A stretch of DNA of 64,000 nt from an uncultured Bacilli bacterium (GCA_944331895.1 CALVIX010000006.1:1798-65797); one strand, 5' to 3'. Shown: positions 8,702-18,756, counted from the stretch's first letter. A program made the numbers and translations. The notes: generated by a model not told the origin, from the letters alone.

Positions 8702-9976
8702 TTATTGTTCATATATTTTATATAAAATTGTTGAATTAAATTCAAATTCCGAATTCGTTAAAACCGGCTGGATTCCTAAGATCTCATCAAATTTTTGAAC
8801 ATCGTTATGATTCATAAAATAGACATTCTCATCAATGTAATAAATTTGCGAAAGCGAAGTAGTCGTAAACACATATGTCTTAATCCGATCATTTTGAACC
8901 GGAGCTCGATATACCTCATAAGAATCTCCAACTTTTCGAAAATAATAATAATATCCTGTAATTTCTCCACCGACGCGAATCACTTTATCATAGTTAGAAT
9001 TTTTTTTGGTTACATCCGGGTACTCTTCGAAGTATATATCAGTGGTAGCAATATCATACATTTCCTTTTGACTCCATTTCGAACCATCATAATACTGAAT
9101 CTTCAAGTTGGCATTTCCGACTTCGTAAACCGTCTTATCCTCGACATTTATTTCATATTGTTTTTGATTACTTCGATCATATAAATAAACCGAATTGCCT
9201 ACGATTCCTTGGATATAAGAATCCTTTGAAATCATATATTTAGATTCGACGACTTCCTCTTTGTTTTTTACTAGATCAACTAAATAGAAACGATCAATTT
9301 CAAACGGCTGTTCATAATCAGCAACAAGATAGTAGTTTCCAATCATCGCTTTTATCTTTTGATCATAAACATCACTTTGAAAAACATCTTGCTTTTCTAT
9401 CTTCCCCGTAGCATCTACCATTGCAACCCCACGATAATTACTGATTGCTACTCTTTTATCTTCTGGCAAAGTATGCGTATAAATTTTAGAAGTCCCTGTT
9501 TTCACTGTATTTTCTTTTTTTGAGTGATTTTGATATACCTTTTGTAACAGTTTTAACTCTGATACATATGCATCTAATTTTTCATATTTCCCCTTGATTT
9601 GATGATAGTATACTTGATCATCTTGTTCTTTACATATCACATCTGTAACAATTTTATTGTCTTTCAAAATAGGTAAAATGCATTTCACTTGTTCATCATG
9701 ATATTCGTATATCGTTTGGATCAAATGCTGCTGTTGTCGAAAAGATTCATAAGTTTGAAAGATAAAATGCTCATCGTTGAGTTTAATGTCAAAATAATAT
9801 GAATCTCGATTGTTCTTCTCATGCTTCGTATAATTTTCTGTAATTTTATACGTCACATTATCTAAAGAAATTGTATAATGGATTTTTTCCCCATCTTGAT
9901 AATGCTTTACGATGACGCGAACCCCAAAAAAAGCAAGCCAAACTATGATAAATTCCAATACTAACTTCTTCATCAT
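8702..9976 (-). CDS. hypothetical membrane-anchored protein
   Basis: Long ORF with an N-terminal TM helix. Tyr/Lys-rich beta-type composition. No family recognised. Confidence 0.45.
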   Translation of the reverse strand: MMKKLVLEFIIVWLAFFGVRVIVKHYQDGEKIHYTISLDNVTYKITENYTKHEKNNRDSYYFDIKLNDEHFIFQTYESFRQQQHLIQTIYEYHDEQVKCILPILKDNKIVTDVICKEQDDQVYYHQIKGKYEKLDAYVSELKLLQKVYQNHSKKENTVKTGTSKIYTHTLPEDKRVAISNYRGVAMVDATGKIEKQDVFQSDVYDQKIKAMIGNYYLVADYEQPFEIDRFYLVDLVKNKEEVVESKYMISKDSYIQGIVGNSVYLYDRSNQKQYEINVEDKTVYEVGNANLKIQYYDGSKWSQKEMYDIATTDIYFEEYPDVTKKNSNYDKVIRVGGEITGYYYYFRKVGDSYEVYRAPVQNDRIKTYVFTTTSLSQIYYIDENVYFMNHNDVQKFDEILGIQPVLTNSEFEFNSTILYKIYEQ

Positions 9977-10045
9977 ACCACCAACATCCTATAGATATTA
10001 GTATATCGTTTTTCACAGCAGTTTACAAGCGAGATCATAAGAAAT

Positions 10046-10774
10046 TTAATGAGTTTTTGATACTAACTGACTTTCACCCGTCCGATAATCAATTTCAATC
10101 CCTTCTTGGACGTTGTACACATAGACATTAAAACAAACCCCTGCTCCATTATCCTCGACAGACTTAGCTTCTATTTGTACCCCACTTGCAAGTAAATTAC
10201 GTCCTTTATAAATAGGAGTAACTCGATATAAAACATGATTATCTGTCTTTTCAATATATTCCGCCACTTGATTTTCAAAAGGTAACATTCCCTCTGTATT
10301 CATAGACCTCGTACAAGTAATTAAATTCTTCTCGTTCGCGTTTTCTCCTGTTAATTGATAACCTATTAAATGGCAACGATTATAAAGATATTTTCCATCC
10401 ACAATATCATACTTTACAGTATGCCATCCTGTTGGCTTAATCATACCAATTGAACCTCTTTCCTCTGTCGGCATTAAATCTTTTCCAACATTTGCAAAAG
10501 CAACTCCACTTCTGCCTAGTATATCCTGATTGCTATAGGTTTCAAATGAAGTTGTCTTCATATCTGCATCACTAAAATTCGGCTGATTGTTATCGATTAT
10601 AACATAACTATCTCCACTATAATCTGGGATAGAGCTCATATCATAAGAGGCACCCGGTTGTAAAGATTGAAACCACCTTATCACATCCTCCTGATAATAC
10701 CCGAGTCCTCCAAGTCCACATAGTAAAATACCAACTAGCGTTGCATATAACTTCTTTCGACGCTTTTTTTTCAT
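10046..10774 (-). CDS. secreted DNA/RNA non-specific endonuclease (DNA-entry nuclease type)
   Basis: Signal/TM N-terminus. The motif NRCHLIGYQLTGENANEKNLITCTRSMN is characteristic of the Endonuclease_NS_2 family. Confidence 0.8.
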   Translation of the reverse strand: MKKKRRKKLYATLVGILLCGLGGLGYYQEDVIRWFQSLQPGASYDMSSIPDYSGDSYVIIDNNQPNFSDADMKTTSFETYSNQDILGRSGVAFANVGKDLMPTEERGSIGMIKPTGWHTVKYDIVDGKYLYNRCHLIGYQLTGENANEKNLITCTRSMNTEGMLPFENQVAEYIEKTDNHVLYRVTPIYKGRNLLASGVQIEAKSVEDNGAGVCFNVYVYNVQEGIEIDYRTGESQLVSKTH

Positions 10775-11014
10775 TTTTTCATTCCTTCTATCTTTTAATC
10801 AATGCAATTTTAAATCTTTTTTACAAAGAAGTCAATCTACAAAAAAGCAGTTATTTTATTCAGGTTTAATCTCTATACGATTCCGACCAGGTATTACGAC
10901 CAATTCTAACGAATTCTTCTGCTCGCTATTCAGCTCACGTACAATCTAGCAATGTCAAATATGCCACTTATTATAATAAGCAGTTTTATTGGACCAATAA
11001 AAAAAGTAGTTCTC

Positions 11015-12028
11015 CTACTTTTCTTTAAAATAATCTATTTGCATTTTTTCTCTAACTGTTTCCATTGTCTTACGCGCTTCTCTTCGAGCAACTTCTGTTC
11101 CATCTTTTAATATTTTATCTACTAATTCCGGTCTTTCTTCGTAATAGTGTCTCTTCTCTTGAATTGGCTTCAAAAACTCCATCATGTTTCGAATCAGTTC
11201 TTTTTTACAAGCAACACATCCTCTTGATCCTTTTTTACATTCTTCACATATTGTATTTAAATTTTCTTTGCTTACCAAATTATGATAATAGTACACCATA
11301 CAAATCTCTGGATTTGCCGGATCATCTTTCTTTATCTTGTTTGGATCTGTAACTGCCGCCATAACTTTTTTAGAAACTTCCTCTTCTGAATCCGCCAAAT
11401 AAATTGCATTCCCTAAACTTTTCCCCATTTTTTCATTTCCATCTAACCCTTTAATGCGGGCTGTCTCGCTCAATAATGGTTCTGGTTCTAACAGTGTTTC
11501 TCCATAGATTGAATTAAATTTACGGACAATTTCTCTACACTGTTCAATCAAAGGAAGTTGATCTTCTCCAACAGGAATCAATTCACCACGAAATGCAGTA
11601 ATGTCTGCAGCTTGGCTAACTGGATATCCCAAGAATCCATATGTAATGCTTTCTCCTTGATTTCCAAACAATTCCTTTTTTTGTTTCACTTCTGTTTTCA
11701 CCGTCGGATTACGATGAAGTCGTGCGATTGTAACTAAATTTGAATAAAATACAGTCAATTCAGCAATCTCTGGTATCATTGATTGAATAAAAATTGTAGC
11801 CTTGTTCGGATCTATCCCAGCAGCTAGTAAATCCAGCGTAATTTCACGAACATTTTCTCTTACTTTTTCTGGATGATGAAAATTGTCCGTCAAAGCCTGA
11901 ACGTCAGCAATCTCTATAAAAGTATGGTAATCATCTTGAAGGGATACCCAATTTCTCGTCGCTCCAAAATAATGACCTAAATGCAATTTCCCAGTCGGAC
12001 GAATCCCGGTTAGTATCGTCTGCTTCAT
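11015..12028 (-). CDS. trpS: tryptophan--tRNA ligase
   Basis: Class I signatures GKLHLGHY (HIGH) and KMGKS (KMSKS), with overall TrpRS colinearity. It carries a Cys cluster C-x17-C-x2-C-x6-C-x2-C. Confidence 0.92.
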   Translation of the reverse strand: MKQTILTGIRPTGKLHLGHYFGATRNWVSLQDDYHTFIEIADVQALTDNFHHPEKVRENVREITLDLLAAGIDPNKATIFIQSMIPEIAELTVFYSNLVTIARLHRNPTVKTEVKQKKELFGNQGESITYGFLGYPVSQAADITAFRGELIPVGEDQLPLIEQCREIVRKFNSIYGETLLEPEPLLSETARIKGLDGNEKMGKSLGNAIYLADSEEEVSKKVMAAVTDPNKIKKDDPANPEICMVYYYHNLVSKENLNTICEECKKGSRGCVACKKELIRNMMEFLKPIQEKRHYYEERPELVDKILKDGTEVARREARKTMETVREKMQIDYFKEK

Positions 12029-12069
12029 ATGATCCCTCCTTAAAATACATTATCAATAGTGAAATTATA

Positions 12070-13314
12070 TCATGAAAGTAACGTCATGTAAATTGCAGCT
12101 AACATATCTTTCGGGAAAAGTATTGCTAGCATCGTAAACTCTGTATGGTTTTTATCATCTTGTTGTTCTATCTTTTGAACCAAATATTGCAAGATAGTTT
12201 TAGAATAACGAATATTTTTCAAATTTTTATTCTTCCATTTCTCTTCTAATCGTGAAAATTCAAATGGTTCTAAATATTTCATCCTCTTTTTAATCTCTCT
12301 ATGAAATGAAGATAGCGTGTAAATTCTCGTGTCGTTTAACTCAAATGCACGTCCTAGATATTCTAAAATTTCGTTCATTTCGGTTCCAACTCTTTTTGTA
12401 TTTTGAAAAAAAGCGCGATATTTGGAATTCATAAATAACTCTTTCACAGTACCATGTTCATCTAAATAAAAAAGATCTTGCATGCGACGAATCATCATGT
12501 CTTTATACTTTCTTTTATTCTTATCTAATTCTCCATTGCGAAAAGTAAAAATATTCCCCTCTAACTTGTGAAAGGTTTTTAATGTATCCAAATAACCTAA
12601 TCGAATTGCTCGACGTGATAGTTCTTTATCAAATATTAAAAACGATCCAATGTCTGTACGAGGACGAATATAGGTGATCGGAACATTTTCCTTTATCTTC
12701 TTCTTAACTCCAATTGCTTTTAAATCAACAGCGATCACTTCAGTTGCACCAAGTTCGATTGCAAGATTGATGGGAAGATTATCATAATATCCCCCATCGA
12801 CGAAGTTTTGATCCCCTATTTTTTTCTTTTTAAAAGCTGGAAAACATGTTGCACTCGCCATTAAATAATCCTTTAACTTTTCTTTCGGAATATCTTCTTT
12901 TTTTAATTCTACTGGCTTTAATGTTGTCAAATTCACAGTCACCAAACCGTACTTTATCGGAGAATGATAAAATTTATTCAAATTGATATATTCCTGCATG
13001 GTCTGTTCTAATTTGGTCACATCAATTCCACCATCTAAAATACCTTTTGCGTATAATTTAATGATTTTTTTTAGTCCATCAAAAGTTTTATAATTTACAT
13101 TCATCTTTTCAGTAGTAATCATATCAAAATTTATGTGATACCACATCCAAAGTGCATGTAAATAATCCCTTTGTACCATAAATGCACCGTTCAACGCTCC
13201 TACACTAGTTCCAGTTACAATATCATAATGTATATTCAACTTTCTAAGTGCTTTCCATACTCCAATTTGATATGCACCCTTAGCTCCACCACCTGATAAA
13301 ACAATTGCCCGCAT
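12070..13314 (-). CDS. patatin-like phospholipase
   Basis: GGGAKG oxyanion motif, GTSVG (GxSxG) nucleophile elbow and the DGG catalytic Asp motif. Confidence 0.85.
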   Translation of the reverse strand: MRAIVLSGGGAKGAYQIGVWKALRKLNIHYDIVTGTSVGALNGAFMVQRDYLHALWMWYHINFDMITTEKMNVNYKTFDGLKKIIKLYAKGILDGGIDVTKLEQTMQEYINLNKFYHSPIKYGLVTVNLTTLKPVELKKEDIPKEKLKDYLMASATCFPAFKKKKIGDQNFVDGGYYDNLPINLAIELGATEVIAVDLKAIGVKKKIKENVPITYIRPRTDIGSFLIFDKELSRRAIRLGYLDTLKTFHKLEGNIFTFRNGELDKNKRKYKDMMIRRMQDLFYLDEHGTVKELFMNSKYRAFFQNTKRVGTEMNEILEYLGRAFELNDTRIYTLSSFHREIKKRMKYLEPFEFSRLEEKWKNKNLKNIRYSKTILQYLVQKIEQQDDKNHTEFTMLAILFPKDMLAAIYMTLLS

Positions 13315-13338
13315 ACCTACACCAACCTTCTTAACATA

Positions 13339-14022
13339 TTATAACATACTATTGATAAAAGCACGGAAAATTTGTCTACTTTCTTCACTCTGTTCATAAT
13401 CCAATTCCGGATGCCACTGTACTCCAAGTTGAAATATATCTCCTGCCCCTTCGATTGCTTCTATCACTCCATCTTCAGATCGAGCTACAACACAAAAATC
13501 ATTTGCGTCGATGACATGCCTACGATGCCTACTATTTACAACAAAATTATCTTTTTTACAAATCTGGTATAATTTTGACTGTTCTTTTATATATACCATA
13601 TGTGCCTTTTTCTTTTGGCTAAAATGTTCTACTTTAGAATCATTCATTTCAAGCACAATTTTCTTATTATACGTACACATTAGTTGCATTCCCATACAAA
13701 TTCCTAAAAGGGGTTTTTGACTTTGTAATACATACTCCGTAACATATCGATCATATTCATACATCTTATCCCCGCCCGGCATTAAAATGCCATCACACTT
13801 ATCTATTTGCGTTCGTAATATCATTTTTTCTTCATCGGTCAAACGCTTCATCTTCCTGGGGACTTCATTATTGTACTCAACACGTTGCGGTGGAAGAACG
13901 AGTATAGGAATCCCTCCACTTTTTAAAATCGCTATTCTCTCAGCTTCGTGAACGACGTTCAGATTCATTTTCGTCTCTGATAATTCACATCGTGCAATAA
14001 TTCCAATGATTGGTCTTATCAT
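13339..14022 (-). CDS. class I glutamine amidotransferase / gamma-glutamyl hydrolase (peptidase C26, PuuD-like)
   Basis: Nucleophile elbow LLGICMGMQ and the VQWHPE His-Glu motif. Confidence 0.8.
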   Translation of the reverse strand: MIRPIIGIIARCELSETKMNLNVVHEAERIAILKSGGIPILVLPPQRVEYNNEVPRKMKRLTDEEKMILRTQIDKCDGILMPGGDKMYEYDRYVTEYVLQSQKPLLGICMGMQLMCTYNKKIVLEMNDSKVEHFSQKKKAHMVYIKEQSKLYQICKKDNFVVNSRHRRHVIDANDFCVVARSEDGVIEAIEGAGDIFQLGVQWHPELDYEQSEESRQIFRAFINSML

Positions 14023-14120
14023 TTTTTACCTCTTTCTTTAACGATATGGGGCTTTTGTGCACACCAATATCTCAGTCGCTTCATATAGTATATTGAAAAC
14101 TATATGAAGGGGTGGATTAT

Positions 14121-14561
14121 ATGTGTAATAATCAAAAAGACGATACTTGCTGCATCTCAGAAATCTTAACAGTAATCAACATTCTCCAAAATAATGCAGA
14201 ATGTCCTAATACTTGTTTAGATACATGTGACCGTGGCTTCTTAGGATGTGGAACAACGACAGTACGATGCAATACACGTCCTATCATGTTATATACATGT
14301 GGTGGAAACGGTGTAGCGTGGTCAATGCCAACAACTAAGACAGATGATCCTTGTGGAACAGCTGGAGTAACATGTTCATCTGTATTTAGAGTTGAAAAAG
14401 TAGATGGATGTTGCGCCACATTCAGAGTGTTAGCTCCAAATCCTGACACAACACAAGCTACAATCACGCCATACGTTGCTACAAATTCGTTCTTTACGAT
14501 GGATTTAAACTGTTGTTGTGTGATTCGTTGTCTTCAAGACACATTTGTCGAAGGAATTTAA
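14121..14561 (+). CDS. cysteine-rich spore coat/exosporium protein of the CotY/CotZ family
   Basis: VFRVEKVDGCCATFRVL and MDLNCCCVIRCL parallel B. subtilis CotZ (FFRVERVHGSCATLSLL, VDLDCFCAINCL), with 18+ Cys. The start is set at the ATG after a GGGGTGG RBS. Confidence 0.65.
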   Translation: MCNNQKDDTCCISEILTVINILQNNAECPNTCLDTCDRGFLGCGTTTVRCNTRPIMLYTCGGNGVAWSMPTTKTDDPCGTAGVTCSSVFRVEKVDGCCATFRVLAPNPDTTQATITPYVATNSFFTMDLNCCCVIRCLQDTFVEGI

Positions 14562-14564
14562 AAG

Positions 14565-14590
14565 AAAAAGCAGAGTTTCTGCTTTTTTTA
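14565..14590. terminator. bidirectional rho-independent terminator
   Basis: aaaaagcag-agttt-ctgcttttttt between convergent genes. Confidence 0.65.
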
Positions 14591-14926
14591 TGAAGAAAAG
14601 TTAATATCCTCAATATCTGCAATTGGAATAACCTCATTATCAACTGTAATAATATTTTGAGTATTGTAACCAATAATTTTTTTATTTACGTTTCTACCTT
14701 TGATTTTTAAAGTCACGTCTGCCTTATACACATAATTAGGTCCATGAAAAATAGCATACAATTTTTGTGGAACAGTTTTACCATCTAAATTTGGACGATT
14801 TGTATTTACTGTAGTAGAACGCACATCCTCTTTTTTTTCATCAAAAGAAGAATAATATACCCGCTTATTATTTTTTACATCTTTGTCAATTTTATTAGCA
14901 TATACTTTGGGTAATTTCTTCTCCAT
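14588..14926 (-). CDS. hypothetical protein
   Basis: ORF with an AGGTGA-type RBS region. No family recognised. It is adjacent to the coat-like gene. Confidence 0.4.
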   Translation of the reverse strand: MEKKLPKVYANKIDKDVKNNKRVYYSSFDEKKEDVRSTTVNTNRPNLDGKTVPQKLYAIFHGPNYVYKADVTLKIKGRNVNKKIIGYNTQNIITVDNEVIPIADIEDINFSS

Positions 14927-14946
14927 ATAATCACCTCTAATCTATC

Positions 14947-15810
14947 TTATGAATTAAAATTTTCATTATGATCAGATTCAGGCAAAAGTCGTGTAATTCG
15001 ATATCCTAAAATAAGTAATACCAGCGATACCAAAATTTCACCAACAGAATAATTCCTTTGCAAAGTTTGAATAAATAACACCATAACAGAACCAAGAGAT
15101 AGCCCTAAAATGGCAAAATGGCTACCATAATAATGTCTCCGAAATAAATAATTCATCCCTTTTGCAACAAGAAACAATCCCAAAACAATACCAATACCAA
15201 ACGGAATATATAAAGATAAATATTGTCCCATCAGCGATATAGAACCCAACATAGAAAATAATTCCAGCATCAGAGAATAAGAACCTAGTAACATAAAAAT
15301 GGCAGTACCACTAATTCCAGGAATAATCGTCGTAGCCATCTCTAACAATCCCATGAAAAACAGCCATACCCAACTGACATTTTCCAAAGTTTTTTCTGGT
15401 ATGGAACGAAATCGAAACGAAAGTAATAATACCAATAGAAAAAATAGTAAAGTAATAAATATATATTTCTTTTGCGATGTTTTACATGATATATCTCGAT
15501 AAAAAGATGGGAAGCCACCCGCCATCAACCCTATAAAAAAGAGCATGGTAGGTAAATACCAGAAATGCAATAAAAACTTAATCACATGGCTTCCAAAAAT
15601 AATCGCTAATACTATTCCAAACCCGAGGCACAATAAAAAAGATAGATAACGTTTTGGTCTTTTCCAGAAATGAGCAATCGCATCCATCGCTTTTTCATAT
15701 AAACCTAACGTAATAGCAAGCAATGCCCCACTTACCCCCGGAATAATTTTGGCAATCCCAATGACAAATCCCTTTACAATTAAAATAATACAATCCATAT
15801 AACCCCTCAC
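14947..15810 (-). CDS. DUF368 family polytopic membrane protein (candidate undecaprenyl-phosphate translocase)
   Basis: Duplicated signature IIPGVSGALLAITLGLYE / IIPGISGTAIFMLLGSY typical of DUF368. Confidence 0.75.
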   Translation of the reverse strand: MRGYMDCIILIVKGFVIGIAKIIPGVSGALLAITLGLYEKAMDAIAHFWKRPKRYLSFLLCLGFGIVLAIIFGSHVIKFLLHFWYLPTMLFFIGLMAGGFPSFYRDISCKTSQKKYIFITLLFFLLVLLLSFRFRSIPEKTLENVSWVWLFFMGLLEMATTIIPGISGTAIFMLLGSYSLMLELFSMLGSISLMGQYLSLYIPFGIGIVLGLFLVAKGMNYLFRRHYYGSHFAILGLSLGSVMVLFIQTLQRNYSVGEILVSLVLLILGYRITRLLPESDHNENFNS

Positions 15811-15866
15811 AATATTCTATGTACAACCTCTTAAAATATGAAAAAAAAGAATATATTTCTATACTC

Positions 15867-17687
15867 TTATTTCAAAATACGAATGGAATTCATAACCGCT
15901 AACACCGTAACACCAACATCAGAAAAAACAGCGCTCCAAATATTAGCAATCCCTAAACTTCCAAGAATTAAAACTAAGACCTTAATAGAAATTGCAAAAA
16001 TAATGTTTTGCCATATAATTTTCTGAGTTTTTTTAGAAATTTGAATTGCCTCAGCAATTAAAGATGTTCTATCGTTCATTAACACCATATCACTTGCTTC
16101 GATTGCTGCATCGCTTCCAATCCCACCAAGAGAAATTCCGACATCTGCACTCGCTAATACTAACGCATCATTCATTCCATCTCCTACAAAGGCAACTGTT
16201 TCTTTTGACGACGTTTCTAATTTTTTTAAATATGCCACCTTGTCAGTCGGAAGTAATCTACTATGGAATTCTTCAATTCCTAATTTTTGACAAACGCTAG
16301 ATACAATAGACTCATGATCCCCAGATAACACGACGAAATGTTTCACACCAACTTGTTTTAATCTTTGGGTTAAAGAATAACTATCCTCTTTAATTTCATC
16401 TGAAATTAAAATATATCCAGCATATTTCCCATTGATTACAAAATATACAACAGTACCCATAACATCATTTTTTGGAACATGAAGTTTTGCCGCTTCTGTT
16501 ATCTTCTCATTTCCAGCAAGAACCTCATCTTTTCCGATTTTAACTTTAATTCCTCGACCTGAAATTTCTTGGTATTCTGAAATTTGTGATTCATCTATTT
16601 CTCCAGTGTATATTTGCTTAATCGATAAAGCAATTGGATGATTTGAATAATATTCAGCATAAGCCGCTATCTTTAATAACTCCTCCTCTTTCAAAAACTC
16701 CGGACATATTTGATTTACCTTGAATTTTCCCTCTGTCAAAGTTCCTGTTTTATCAAAGACAATAGTATCAATTTTAGAAATTTTTTCCATTGCTTCACTA
16801 TTTTTAACAAGGATTCCGTGCTTACTAGATTTTCCAATTCCGCAAAAGAAACCTAATGGAATAGACAAAACAAGAGCACATGGACATGATATAACTAAAA
16901 ATACCAAAGCTCGATAAATCCACTCATTTGGATTTCCAATTATAATGGATGGTACCGTTGCTAAAAGAAACGCCAGTATAACGACAATCGGTGTATAAAC
17001 TTTCGAAAAGCGCGTAATAAATTTTTCTGTCGTTGCTTTATTTTGATCAATTTCTTCCATCATTTTTAAAATTTTTGACACTGTCGAATTTTCAAACGTA
17101 CTCGTTACCTTAATTTTTAATACCTGATTCATATTGATGCTACCACTTAATACGACATCATCTTTTCGTACCAACAGCGGTTTAGATTCCCCTGTCAAAC
17201 TCATCGTATCTAAAGTGCTACTACCTTCTAAAACTACACCGTCTAATGGTATTTTCTCCCCAGGTTTCACAACGATAATTTCATCTATATCAACATCTTC
17301 AGCTGCTATACTTTCTTCTTTCCCTTCTCGAACGACAGTTGCCATATCAACTTTTAATTCCATCAAATGTGTAATCGACTTACGCGAACGATTCATTGCA
17401 ATATCTTGGATATATTCACCTATCTGGAAAAACAACATAACTGCTACACCTTCAGGAAATTCACCAATGCAAAAGGCTCCAATCGTTGCGATCGTCATCA
17501 AAAAAGCTTCATCAAATAGTTCTAAATGAAAACAATTTTTGATGGCTTTCCATATAATATCGTAACCGATAACAAAATAACTAATAGCAAAGCAAACAAA
17601 GCTAACCACTCCTAATGACTTCAAAATAAAACCTGCAAGAAAAAATACAGCACTGAATAATATGCGCATTAGTTGTCTATCTTTCAT
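15867..17687 (-). CDS. heavy-metal (Cd/Zn/Co-type) translocating P1B-type ATPase, lacking an N-terminal metal-binding domain
   Basis: CPC motif (SCPCALVLS), DKTGTLT phosphorylation site, GDGMNDA hinge and TGES actuator motif. Confidence 0.9.
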   Translation of the reverse strand: MKDRQLMRILFSAVFFLAGFILKSLGVVSFVCFAISYFVIGYDIIWKAIKNCFHLELFDEAFLMTIATIGAFCIGEFPEGVAVMLFFQIGEYIQDIAMNRSRKSITHLMELKVDMATVVREGKEESIAAEDVDIDEIIVVKPGEKIPLDGVVLEGSSTLDTMSLTGESKPLLVRKDDVVLSGSINMNQVLKIKVTSTFENSTVSKILKMMEEIDQNKATTEKFITRFSKVYTPIVVILAFLLATVPSIIIGNPNEWIYRALVFLVISCPCALVLSIPLGFFCGIGKSSKHGILVKNSEAMEKISKIDTIVFDKTGTLTEGKFKVNQICPEFLKEEELLKIAAYAEYYSNHPIALSIKQIYTGEIDESQISEYQEISGRGIKVKIGKDEVLAGNEKITEAAKLHVPKNDVMGTVVYFVINGKYAGYILISDEIKEDSYSLTQRLKQVGVKHFVVLSGDHESIVSSVCQKLGIEEFHSRLLPTDKVAYLKKLETSSKETVAFVGDGMNDALVLASADVGISLGGIGSDAAIEASDMVLMNDRTSLIAEAIQISKKTQKIIWQNIIFAISIKVLVLILGSLGIANIWSAVFSDVGVTVLAVMNSIRILK

Positions 17688-18042
17688 ATTTTCCTCCTTC
17701 CTCTATATGTTCTAACCCTACTTTAATAATCTGTTCAATATGATCATCAGCTAATCGGTAATAGACAACTTTTCCTACTTTTTGTGAAACGACAAAATTC
17801 ACCTGTCGCAAATATTGTAATTGATGCGAGATTGCAGACTGTGTCATATCTAATAATTTCGCCAAATCACATACACATAATGTATCGTATAACAGTGCAT
17901 TCATAATTCGCAATCTTGTCTCATCTGCAAACGCCTTGAAACAATTAGCTAAGTCATATATTTTTTCCCGTGATTCCAAAAGCGATTCCACTCTTTGGAC
18001 AACTTCTGGATGAACGAGCGTTACTTCACATTTCCCATTCAT
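17677..18042 (-). CDS. ArsR/SmtB family metalloregulator (CadC-like)
   Basis: ETRLRIMNALL...LCVCDLAKLLDMTQSAISHQLQYLR winged-helix signature. It overlaps the ATPase start by 11 nt. Confidence 0.85.
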   Translation of the reverse strand: MNGKCEVTLVHPEVVQRVESLLESREKIYDLANCFKAFADETRLRIMNALLYDTLCVCDLAKLLDMTQSAISHQLQYLRQVNFVVSQKVGKVVYYRLADDHIEQIIKVGLEHIEEGGKYER

Positions 18043-18057
18043 AATTTCACCTACCTT

Positions 18058-18112
18058 TTATATGAATGAATGTTCATATATTCATTATATGACGATAATT
18101 TGATAAAGTCAA
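18058..18112 (-). promoter_or_regulatory. sigma-A-type promoter with overlapping dyad operator for the ArsR/ATPase operon
   Basis: On the minus strand: TTGACT (18107-18112), a 17-nt spacer, then TATAAT (18084-18089). Nested inverted repeats ATGAAT...ATTCAT and ATGAA-tg-TTCAT span 18058-18090 between the -10 box and the RBS. Confidence 0.7.
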
Positions 18113-18135
18113 CAAAAAAACATACTTTCGTATGT
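18113..18135 (-). terminator. rho-independent terminator
   Basis: Minus strand: acatac-gaaa-gtatgt followed by TTTTTTT, starting 2 nt after the stop of ORF 18137..18694. Confidence 0.7.
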
Positions 18136-18136
18136 T

Positions 18137-18694
18137 TTATTTTGCATCTTTTATGAGCGTTTTTAAATTCTTATATAAAGTCTGACTATTTGGGATAGAG
18201 TACATTGCTAATCCTTTACATATAGAACGATCCGCATAAATTCGAATGTTTCCAATGTGAAAAAGACGCTGTAAAAATGTCTGCGAATATTCTATATCCA
18301 TAACATTTTTATAATCCAATTCATACTCTCGATATTTTATAAAAGAATCTATAAATAGAATACGGTTTTCATAAATTTCATATTTCATTGCTTTGTGACG
18401 AAAAAATCTAAAAATAATTCCCCCGATATATATAAGGACCAAAAATACCATAGCATATATAACATATCGTACCGGATAGTCAAAATATTCACACACTAAA
18501 TTACCTACGATCCACGTCATAACAAAAATTAGTATTCCCTGAATTGTTGGAATAAGTTCATAAACAAATGCAAACTTCGGTGTCACTGTAGCTACCCAAT
18601 TTGTTTGCTTTTTATTAAGTTTTAATTTTAATCCACATTGAGGACAAGTAATATCATTAGTATTGATTTTGTGACGACAATTTGGACAAATCAT
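18137..18694 (-). CDS. zinc-ribbon plus bacterial PH (bPH_2/DUF304-like) membrane protein
   Basis: N-terminal CPNC...CPQC zinc ribbon, two TM helices, and a C-terminal YdbS/YdbT-like segment. Confidence 0.5.
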   Translation of the reverse strand: MICPNCRHKINTNDITCPQCGLKLKLNKKQTNWVATVTPKFAFVYELIPTIQGILIFVMTWIVGNLVCEYFDYPVRYVIYAMVFLVLIYIGGIIFRFFRHKAMKYEIYENRILFIDSFIKYREYELDYKNVMDIEYSQTFLQRLFHIGNIRIYADRSICKGLAMYSIPNSQTLYKNLKTLIKDAK

Positions 18695-18756
18695 AATATC
18701 CCTTCTTTCGTATTAGGTATTATAACATATAATTCAAAAGATGCAAAAAAAACCTA

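Noticed and set aside
10875-10965. tRNA-like appearance (ggtcggaatcg resembles a T-loop) in the trpS-nuclease spacer
   Set aside because: I could not build a cloverleaf on either strand. There is no acceptor stem pairing and no proper T-arm stem.
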